A stretch of DNA of 64,000 nt, from IMG/VR virus record IMGVR_UViG_3300007735_000801. One strand, 5' to 3'. This document shows positions 8,895-15,681 of this stretch, in pieces. A model generated the notes under the pieces. The model searched no databases. It saw only the letters and a list, made by a program, of their open reading frames with translations, and was not told the origin of the DNA. The position numbers and the translations under genes are program-made. Position 1 is the stretch's first letter. Every line of letters starts with the position of its first letter. This stretch comes from a virus.

Positions 8895-9241
8895 GCCGCA
8901 CCCCCTTCGTTGACAAAGGCGGTATTCTTGCATTGGTAGCGAACACCACCACGGAAATACGGCATATCGAATGTGGATTCAAATGTGGGAGGTGAACACT
9001 TGTTCACCACCTCTTTGGTACGGCAATTACGCCACCCTGCCATGTATGCCCCCATGCGATTGAGCAGTTCACGCTTGCTGACATGACCATGCGTCAGCAC
9101 ATCCACTTCCGCAGACCCGACATAGTCCACTAACGACACCTTACCAAACGACCCAAACGATATGCCGTATGCTTCGCCTGTGTGCAGGTTGAGTGTGTCG
9201 CAGAACTGCTTCACTTGCATTTTTGTGATTCGAGTACCCAT
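8891..9241 (-). CDS. hypothetical phage protein
   Basis: RBS AGGAG; RITK..LN..GHVSKRELL pattern. Confidence 0.75.
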   Translation of the reverse strand: MGTRITKMQVKQFCDTLNLHTGEAYGISFGSFGKVSLVDYVGSAEVDVLTHGHVSKRELLNRMGAYMAGWRNCRTKEVVNKCSPPTFESTFDMPYFRGGVRYQCKNTAFVNEGGAA

Positions 9242-9273
9242 TGTTAGTTGCTCCTAAAGAGGTTCAGTATCCA

Positions 9274-9323
9274 CGGCAACCCTGCCGCTGTGTAGATTCT
9301 ACAGCCGATTTTCACCGTGTCAA
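9274..9323 (-). promoter_or_regulatory. cassette promoter TTGACA-N16-TAGAAT plus 5' hairpin
   Basis: -35 at 9318-9323, -10 at 9296-9301. Confidence 0.85.
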
Positions 9324-9496
9324 ATTAAATCTTAAATAATTATTTGACCAATAACTCCTAGAGTCCGATAACCCCTGCGACTATCAACACGACGAAAAAT
9401 ACCCTCCCCGAAGGGAGGGCGAGGCGAACCTCTTTGTTGTTTGAAGAAGTAGGGCGGGGTAGCCCCGTGGCTTGCCCCGCCGCACCCTCTTTGTAC

Positions 9497-9772
9497 TTAC
9501 ACCTTCGTAGCCTTACCTTGCGCCCATTGGGCGAGGCGAGCATACGAAGCCTTACGCAGGCGATTAGTTACCCACTTGTCGCTCTTTGGGTAGAAGCGAT
9601 TCGCATAGCCGCAGGCAGTCGCACCCTGCTCCAAGACAAAGCGGCAACCCTCATCATCGCTTGCACCGACCAACGCAAGGGCTTCGGCATTGTGCAGACG
9701 GCGTGGGTGTTGGGCAACCTCATGAGCAAACGCTACTCCCGCAGTTGACAAGTTAAGTGTTGAGTTTTCCAT
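9497..9772 (-). CDS. hypothetical cassette protein
   Basis: RBS AAAGGATAC, own promoter and terminator. Confidence 0.8.
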   Translation of the reverse strand: MENSTLNLSTAGVAFAHEVAQHPRRLHNAEALALVGASDDEGCRFVLEQGATACGYANRFYPKSDKWVTNRLRKASYARLAQWAQGKATKV

Positions 9773-9806
9773 AATCTAGTATCCTTTCATTAAGAGTTTA
9801 GTGAGT

Positions 9807-9857
9807 GTCAGCACCTTGCTGACTGCCGCATCATAAAGCCAATTTGCACCGTGTCAA
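9807..9857 (-). promoter_or_regulatory. cassette promoter TTGACA-N16-TATGAT plus 5' hairpin
   Basis: -35 at 9852-9857, -10 at 9830-9835. Confidence 0.85.
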
Positions 9858-9986
9858 ATGGAAAATTAAATTATTTTCGAGTCCGATAACTTACGAGTCC
9901 CATAACCCCTGCGACTATCAACACCGAAGCCTAGCCGCCCCGAAGGGCGGCAGGGACGAATCCTTTTCGGCGTTGGGGTTATCGGC

Positions 9987-10532
9987 TCATGCGTGTCCCC
10001 CCCTGATGGCGCACCAAATCACCGCTTGCGTTGCGGCGTTGCTCCATCCCATGCCAACCGCAACCGCAGTTACTGCCGACGCTAGGGCAAAGTATTTGCC
10101 CTTGCTTAGACTCTTGCTAGAGTCTAGCCCCGCCGCTTTCACCATCCAAGTGTCCACCACCACCGCCGCCATATCCCCCGCAATTGCACGGGCAAAGGCG
10201 TTGGTCTTTAATCCCTTCAACGCCGCAAATCCAAGGCGAGTACTCGCTTGCGCCATGCGCAAGTTATTCCGCAATCCCTTAGGCTTGCCACCCATTGCGA
10301 ATAACAAGGCTTGCGCCTTATTATTATTCCACTTATTGCGTGGACTGAATGAGGATACAACGGATGCCGCCACTTCCAATGTCCAAGGCGTAATTGTCGT
10401 AAGGTGAATAGCGAAGGCTTGCGCTTCGCAGTACCATGCCAAAGCATCCGCCAAGGCTTGTCCCTTGAGGGACTGCGCCAAGGTAGCGTACTTGGAAGTG
10501 GCGGATTCAAAGAGTTTAGTATTGAGTTTCAT
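9987..10532 (-). CDS. HhH-GPD glycosylase-like phage protein (DUF7178-like)
   Basis: SFSPRNKW..N, GLKTNAF, VVVDTWM and QAVIW motifs. Confidence 0.6.
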   Translation of the reverse strand: MKLNTKLFESATSKYATLAQSLKGQALADALAWYCEAQAFAIHLTTITPWTLEVAASVVSSFSPRNKWNNNKAQALLFAMGGKPKGLRNNLRMAQASTRLGFAALKGLKTNAFARAIAGDMAAVVVDTWMVKAAGLDSSKSLSKGKYFALASAVTAVAVGMGWSNAATQAVIWCAIRGGHA

Positions 10533-10566
10533 GATGGTATCCTATAAAGAGTTTAGAGTAAGATTA

Positions 10567-10617
10567 GGCAACGGCGTTGCCATGCGTCGATTGTAAGGTC
10601 GAATTTCACCGTGTCAA
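10567..10617 (-). promoter_or_regulatory. cassette promoter TTGACA-N16-TACAAT plus 5' hairpin
   Basis: -35 at 10612-10617, -10 at 10590-10595. Confidence 0.85.
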
Positions 10618-10785
10618 ATTAAATCTTAAATTATTTTTCTTTAAAGAAAAAAATTATTATCAGGACCTTGGCGACTATCAACATTTGGTGAAGTCCGATA
10701 ACCATGGCAACTATCAACAGGCGCAAAAAGATCAGCAGGGTAGCCCCGTGGCTTGCCCTACTGATCCCTCTTTGTTGCGTTGTCT

Positions 10786-11001
10786 TTACTTCACGCTTAC
10801 CACCACGCCTTGATCATCAACCTTTACCGTGGCGTACCAACTGTGTGGCGCAGGATACTGTGGACCTTCCACACAAACCGTTTCACCGTATACCGTGCTA
10901 CTTCCCATCGGACTTGGTTGCCACACTCCGACTTTCACGCCTTGCGCAATCGCTTCTTTGAATTGCTTCTTTGTCTTGTAGTTTGTCGTGCAGTAAGCCA
11001 T
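10786..11001 (-). CDS. conserved small phage protein
   Basis: MAYCTTNYKTKKQFKEA..VEGPQYPAPHSWYA; RBS AAGGATAC. Confidence 0.8.
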   Translation of the reverse strand: MAYCTTNYKTKKQFKEAIAQGVKVGVWQPSPMGSSTVYGETVCVEGPQYPAPHSWYATVKVDDQGVVVSVK

Positions 11002-11032
11002 TTGAGTATCCTTTATTAAAGAGTTGAGTGAT

Positions 11033-11082
11033 ATGGCAGAGTTGCCATGCGTCGATTGTACAGTCGATTTCCATCGTGTCAA
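11033..11082 (-). promoter_or_regulatory. cassette promoter TTGACA-N16-TACAAT plus 5' hairpin
   Basis: -35 at 11077-11082, -10 at 11055-11060. Confidence 0.85.
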
Positions 11083-11242
11083 ATTAAATCTTAAATAATT
11101 TATTGTCCAATAACTACTGTGACTATCAACATTCACAGAGTCCGATAACCCTGGCGACTATCAACAGGCGAAAAATTTTCAAAAATTCTTTAAAGAAAAA
11201 CCCACCCGCCAAACTTACGGCGGGGGGTTTCTTTTTTGCTCT

Positions 11243-11593
11243 TTAGTAGTGAGGGTCTCGATAAGTGTCTCGGAAGCCAACCGAAACGTATTGTCCACCC
11301 GTTGTCTTCCATCGACCATTGCTTCGCAGTTTTACTGTGATTGGACTTGCGCCTTCCACGGTCTCGTAGGTTTTTACCTTCTCGCTACCTTCGCCACCCG
11401 AAACGTCCCAAACGACCCGATCATGTGTCATCGTGAATTGCGTAATCTGTCCCTTGCGCTTGCCACTCTTGGCAAAAGTAACGCTTGTAACCGTGCAACC
11501 GTAGCGATCCGTCCACCACAATTCGGTGGCAGGACCACCGACAAAGGGAGCAGGCATTCCGTCGATCATGTTCGCATAAACGTAGTTGATCAT
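11243..11593 (-). CDS. conserved hypothetical phage protein
   Basis: PFVGGPAT..TDRY..RSNGRW..G.RDTYRDPHY pattern; RBS AAAGGA. Confidence 0.8.
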   Translation of the reverse strand: MINYVYANMIDGMPAPFVGGPATELWWTDRYGCTVTSVTFAKSGKRKGQITQFTMTHDRVVWDVSGGEGSEKVKTYETVEGASPITVKLRSNGRWKTTGGQYVSVGFRDTYRDPHY

Positions 11594-11622
11594 TTCAATC
11601 CTTTCAAAGAGGGGAAGTGAAA

Positions 11623-11672
11623 TCGGCAACGTGCCGACATCGTCAGTATGGAGCCAATTTTTACCGTGTCAA
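11623..11672 (-). promoter_or_regulatory. cassette promoter TTGACA-N16-CATACT plus 5' hairpin
   Basis: -35 at 11667-11672, -10 at 11645-11650. Confidence 0.8.
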
Positions 11673-11872
11673 ATTAAATCTTAAATTTATTTCAAATTAT
11701 TTTTCTTTAAAGAAAAAAAAAATTATCGGACCCTGGCGACTATCAACATTCACAGAGTCCGATAACACATGGCGACTATCAACATCCGCTCCCTGGGGAG
11801 GGGAGGGATGCTGGAGATCAGTCTGGGTATCATCCCCATCCACTCCCCCGAAGGGGAGGGATGGGGGAACTC

Positions 11873-12187
11873 TCAACCTCCCATGCAGGTTGGGAAGTAC
11901 CGTCGCATCACATCCATCGACTTCGAAGTTTCAGGATCAGTCGATTTCAGGAGGGCGGCGATTTCGAACTGTGGAACCTCAACTACAAATTCTTTGTGGC
12001 AGGTTCCTGCTTCTTGAGTGAGCCAAGCGTTGATGTGTTTGGTGGTTGTGCGTGAGTACCTTTCCTTGGCACGAACAAATCCAAAGTCCCGTACAAACGC
12101 CGCTACGGGAGTCGAGTACGATACGAACACAGTCGCATTTGTGAGGGTTAGAGTCATTTGGTTGTTTCCGAGAGATGTAATCTTCAT
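11873..12187 (-). CDS. conserved hypothetical phage protein
   Basis: SYSTPVAA..YSRTTTKHINAWL motif; RBS AAAGGATAC. Confidence 0.8.
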   Translation of the reverse strand: MKITSLGNNQMTLTLTNATVFVSYSTPVAAFVRDFGFVRAKERYSRTTTKHINAWLTQEAGTCHKEFVVEVPQFEIAALLKSTDPETSKSMDVMRRYFPTCMGG

Positions 12188-12221
12188 GGCTAGTATCCTT
12201 TCAAAGAGGGGAGAGTGAGCA

Positions 12222-12272
12222 TTGGCAACCCTGCCAACAAGAGCAGTATGGAGTCAATTTGCACGGTGTCAA
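12222..12272 (-). promoter_or_regulatory. cassette promoter TTGACA-N16-CATACT plus 5' hairpin
   Basis: -35 at 12267-12272, -10 at 12245-12250. Confidence 0.8.
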
Positions 12273-12486
12273 ATTAAATTCTCGATTTTCGTTCTTTAAA
12301 GAAAAAAATATTTTGTCCAATAACCTTGGCGACTATCAACATTTGGTGAAGTCCGATAACAGGTGGCGACTATCAACATGCGAAAAAAAAGACCGCCCCC
12401 TCGGAACTCCACGGAGGGGGGGACTTCTCTTTTGCTTGGTAGAAGTAAGGCGGAGCAGCCCCATGGCTTGCTCCGCCGCACCCTCT

Positions 12487-12729
12487 TTAGTCCTTTTCCT
12501 TGAATGTGTTATTTGCCATGAAAACTTGAAGTGATGGCAACGCCTCAATCAAGCGTATCCATTGACCCTTGTACAGGGTCACGGGAAACCGACCCAAGCC
12601 ATATACGCTCAAAGCACCCTTCTCGGACACCTTGAAGCCGATTGCCTTCACCTTGGATGCCGCCGCCTCCGCCGCCGCCGCTTTGAGTGCGGCATTCTCC
12701 GCCATTAACATTTCTAGTTGACTTGCCAT
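12487..12729 (-). CDS. conserved small protein (KVSEKGALSVYGLGRFPVTLYK family)
   Basis: Recognisable conserved-hypothetical motif after a coiled-coil N-terminus. Confidence 0.8.
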   Translation of the reverse strand: MASQLEMLMAENAALKAAAAEAAASKVKAIGFKVSEKGALSVYGLGRFPVTLYKGQWIRLIEALPSLQVFMANNTFKEKD

Positions 12730-12759
12730 TTCTGACCTTTCTGAAAGAGTTGAGTGTCA

Positions 12760-12810
12760 TCGGCAACCCTGCCGACAAGAGCAGTATGGAGTCAATTTCC
12801 ACCGTGTCAA
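12760..12810 (-). promoter_or_regulatory. cassette promoter TTGACA-N16-CATACT plus 5' hairpin
   Basis: -35 at 12805-12810, -10 at 12783-12788. Confidence 0.8.
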
Positions 12811-12948
12811 ATCAAATTCTCAATTTTCGTTCTTTAAAGAAAAAAAATATTATCAGGACGTTGGCGACTATCAACAATGCCAGAGTCTGATAACCTCTGG
12901 CGACTATCAACATCCGCTCCCCTGGGGAGGGGAGGGATGCTGGCGAGC

Positions 12949-13287
12949 TCACCGACCAATTTCACCTTCGCCCTTTCCCCAATCTTTGTGCGCCTCATAC
13001 GCTTCCAGCTGAGGATCAGAATCCTCACCCCATCGTGCATCCAAAGCTCGCTCAACCATTGCGCCGCAATATTCTTTAACCTGCTTGAGAGTCTTGAATT
13101 CTTTGGCGATTTCATCAGCTCCCCAACATTCCACGATGCTGTCGCCACCACGCTCATAGTTTCGTTCACACATATCGTAGACTGAATCAACAAATGCAAT
13201 TTGTTCATTTGTTGGGTTGGATTTGGCAATCCATCGGTTGAGTGTTGCGCCATTATCATCAGTAAAGTTTCTTGATTTCATGTCCAT
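12949..13287 (-). CDS. hypothetical acidic cassette protein
   Basis: RBS AAAGG; own promoter and downstream hairpin. Confidence 0.8.
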   Translation of the reverse strand: MDMKSRNFTDDNGATLNRWIAKSNPTNEQIAFVDSVYDMCERNYERGGDSIVECWGADEIAKEFKTLKQVKEYCGAMVERALDARWGEDSDPQLEAYEAHKDWGKGEGEIGR

Positions 13288-13338
13288 TTGTAGTGCCTTT
13301 CAAAGAGGGGTTTTTAAAGAGTAAACGAGTGAGCGTGT

Positions 13339-13367
13339 ATTATACCAAATTGTGTATTAAATGTCAA
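13339..13367 (-). promoter_or_regulatory. promoter TTGACA-N17-TATAAT (no 5' hairpin)
   Basis: Perfect consensus hexamers. Confidence 0.85.
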
Positions 13368-13464
13368 ATGAAATTCTTAATTTTCGTTCTTTAAAGAAAA
13401 AAAAAATATTATAGGACCCTGCGACTATCAACATCCGCTCCCCCGAAGGGGAGGGATGTGGCGA

Positions 13465-13647
13465 TCAGTCTCGATTCCATCCGAAGTACTCCCTCTCTTC
13501 CAGAGGGATTGGAGCAGCCACTTGGGGCTTGGGCTCTCCATACTTGGCGAGCCTTCGCTCTCGCCTCGTCAGAGGAACTTCCACTTCCGCCTTTGGTTGG
13601 GGGGGCTGTTCGCCCCCCCTTCCGCTTCTTCGTCCTCTAGGACTCAT
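13465..13647 (-). CDS. small hypothetical protein
   Basis: ATGA-coupled to the Csx16-like gene. Confidence 0.55.
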   Translation of the reverse strand: MSPRGRRSGRGGEQPPQPKAEVEVPLTRRERRLAKYGEPKPQVAAPIPLEEREYFGWNRD

Positions 13648-13979
13648 ACTTCACCCCCCGCCTTCATGACCACGTAGGTATTGAAACCTTGGAAGGCTTC
13701 CCTAACTTCTTCGATACCCAATTCTTTCCCACGTTGATCGGGGGTGAGTTGTAAAGTGGCTTCCGTTACGCTTGCGGCGAGTGCCGCAAGGTGGAGGGGA
13801 AGAACGCCCAACACATTCTTGCCCGTTACAAGGGCGGCGGTGGCATGGGCAACCACAGGCGTGGTGGCATCAAATGCGCCACGCTCAATCAAGAATTCGA
13901 CCAATCCTGTGTGGCGAGTTACAATCAGATCAATCAGTACGACGGGGGGATTTGTTGACGAGCAATCGACGATACGCAT
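13644..13979 (-). CDS. csx16: Csx16-like (Cas_VVA1548 family) putative cyclic-oligoadenylate ring nuclease
   Basis: IVTRHTGLVEFL, VAH, VLGVLPLHLAA and QRGKELGIEE follow the Csx16 motif order and spacing; RBS AAAGGA. Confidence 0.75.
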   Translation of the reverse strand: MRIVDCSSTNPPVVLIDLIVTRHTGLVEFLIERGAFDATTPVVAHATAALVTGKNVLGVLPLHLAALAASVTEATLQLTPDQRGKELGIEEVREAFQGFNTYVVMKAGGEV

Positions 13980-14008
13980 GAGTAGATCCTTTCAAAGAGG
14001 GGAAGTGA

Positions 14009-14059
14009 TATGGCGAAGTTGCCATGCGTGAAGTATACACTCGATTTCCACGCTGTCAA
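14009..14059 (-). promoter_or_regulatory. cassette promoter TTGACA-N16-TATACT plus 5' hairpin
   Basis: -35 at 14054-14059, -10 at 14032-14037. Confidence 0.85.
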
Positions 14060-14243
14060 ATGGGGGAGTCCTGTCCGAACAGTACACAGCGTTATGGGAC
14101 TCCCACGAGCCTCCTGGGGCTAGCACACATACCTGCAAGACTCCAAGGACGGCAGAGGACGGCAAACCACGCAGACCCCCCCCACCCCCATACCCCCCTA
14201 TTCGATTCCTGAGGATCCCCCCTCTCTAATTTTTTTTTTTTTT

Positions 14244-14251
14244 TATAAATA
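14244..14251 (+). promoter_or_regulatory. T4-type late promoter TATAAATA
   Basis: Exact consensus 4 nt before the GTG; equivalents at 14802, 15282, 15667 and 18762. Confidence 0.75.
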
Positions 14252-14255
14252 TATC

Positions 14256-14795
14256 GTGCTATCCTTTAAACAACATATAACGGAATCTTTACATATTCAC
14301 CCTTCTCCAGATGATCCTCATGATGTAGCAAAGTCCAATTTTACTTACGGAAAAGTTATCAAGAATGATATGATGGATACAGATAAATTAATTGGAGGAA
14401 TTAGTGATACCGATAAAAAAGAACAAGAACGAGTCTCAGATTTAGTTGCAAAAATGTCTAACCCTAAAACTGGTCATATCTCCAGACTAATTGTAGACAC
14501 TGGTGGAAATGTGCTGGAAGGACAACATCGTCTTTCTGCAGCAAGACAACTAGGACATAAAAAAGTTCCAGTTACGATTATAAAGGATTTAAGTTCTGGA
14601 TTTGATGTTTCTAAAATTGAAAAAGAAATTTCCGCAAAAGGGTATCACCCAGATCACGTACACCAAATAACACACCAAATACTAGACATGATTCACACAT
14701 CAGGTTCTCCTGGCAAAGCATTATCTTCCTATGAATTTCCTCAAGGTCACGAAGCGGCATTCATTGCAGGATTGAATGCGGCTATTCCTCAATAA
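14256..14795 (+). CDS. putative internal head protein with ParB/Srx-like domain
   Basis: N-terminal MLSFKQHITE (capsid-targeting-like); LIVDTGGNVLEGQHRLSAARQLGHKKVPV. Confidence 0.75.
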   Translation: MLSFKQHITESLHIHPSPDDPHDVAKSNFTYGKVIKNDMMDTDKLIGGISDTDKKEQERVSDLVAKMSNPKTGHISRLIVDTGGNVLEGQHRLSAARQLGHKKVPVTIIKDLSSGFDVSKIEKEISAKGYHPDHVHQITHQILDMIHTSGSPGKALSSYEFPQGHEAAFIAGLNAAIPQ

Positions 14796-14813
14796 TATTA
14801 TTATAAATATTGT

Positions 14814-15290
14814 ATGCTATCCTTTATTCACTACTTGGTGGAAACTGTTGTGCCACATGGTTCCGACCATTACCTGCCACCAGAACCTGGAACCACTCCT
14901 ATTCCAGAAGGTCATGTCAGACTATATCACCAAACATCAGCGGAAAATATTTCCAGCATAATCAAGACTGGTTTGAGTATTGGACACGCAAGAGGCATAG
15001 AAGGACCAAAATCCATATACGCAGACCGAACTGGATTCTATGGATCTCCTGGATCCAGACCCACTATTGAATTTTCTGTGCCTGCCCATAAATTTGATTC
15101 TCCGTTTGTTCTGCAAGACGTACCTCCTGAATCGTTTATTGCGGTTCATCTGCCTTGGCACACTCAAGCCAGATACATCGGCAGAGATCCTGATTTGCTG
15201 AAATCTGCAAAGGCAGGAGAACTAGATCATTTGCTGGATCAACCAGACTACGGACCTGCCATAAGATACCATAAAGGAAAAACTAAATAA
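14814..15290 (+). CDS. putative internal head protein, ADP-ribosyltransferase-like
   Basis: MLSFIHYLVE; RLYHQTSAENISSIIKTGL..SIY motif. Confidence 0.65.
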   Translation: MLSFIHYLVETVVPHGSDHYLPPEPGTTPIPEGHVRLYHQTSAENISSIIKTGLSIGHARGIEGPKSIYADRTGFYGSPGSRPTIEFSVPAHKFDSPFVLQDVPPESFIAVHLPWHTQARYIGRDPDLLKSAKAGELDHLLDQPDYGPAIRYHKGKTK

Positions 15291-15294
15291 TATT

Positions 15295-15660
15295 ATGCTA
15301 TCCTTTATTCGCTATCTGACAGAAGCCAAATCCAGATACCCTGATGTTCCTTTTTTACACCCTGGTCATCTACCAGAGACTCACCCTCTCTACAATTACG
15401 CAGAAGAGAATCATTTTCGCTGGGTTACTCCTGATGGCTACGGTGTGGAAAGTGTTACTGGTGGTGGTCGTGGAGTTTTCGGTCCAGGTCATACAGGACA
15501 GTACACTGACGGCGACACCTATATCGCAGACGCAGAAAGTGATGCTCACGCCAGAGCCATTATTCGGCAACACCGAACACTTTCAAATCCTCTGTTAGGG
15601 TATCCTAACCATAAAGGGCACCGAGCTGCTGTGGAAGCAGAAGCCGTAAAAACTAAATAA
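15295..15660 (+). CDS. putative internal head protein
   Basis: MLSFIRYLTE N-terminus; late promoter upstream. Confidence 0.7.
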   Translation: MLSFIRYLTEAKSRYPDVPFLHPGHLPETHPLYNYAEENHFRWVTPDGYGVESVTGGGRGVFGPGHTGQYTDGDTYIADAESDAHARAIIRQHRTLSNPLLGYPNHKGHRAAVEAEAVKTK

Positions 15661-15681
15661 TATTATTATAAATATGGTACC

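Larger units (their letters stand above)
6174..14100 (+). repeat. dispersed intergenic boxes A (GCGACTATCAACA) and B (AGTCCGATAAC)
   Basis: I count 17 copies of A, all in one orientation (about 6201, 6566, 7839, 8562, 9377, 9911, 10670, 10706, 11119, 11153, 11735, 11771, 12328, 12365, 12863, 12899, 13421), and roughly 20 copies or variants of B, some inverted. Confidence 0.95.

Noticed and set aside
5270-14060. Classical integron cassette array
   Set aside because: No integron integrase in the window, no RYYYAAC/GTTRRRY attC ends recognised, and each cassette has its own promoter
6174-14100. Box A/B clusters as a CRISPR array
   Set aside because: Repeats are only 11-13 bp, alternate between two types, and are separated either by a few bases or by whole genes; there is no repeat-spacer periodicity and no cas operon
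104-14212. Plus-strand ORFs in the early region (e.g. 9844-10407, 11617-12021) and ORFs running through junction repeats (e.g. 12834-13259)
   Set aside because: Shadow frames of real minus-strand genes or translations of repeat DNA, with no initiation signals
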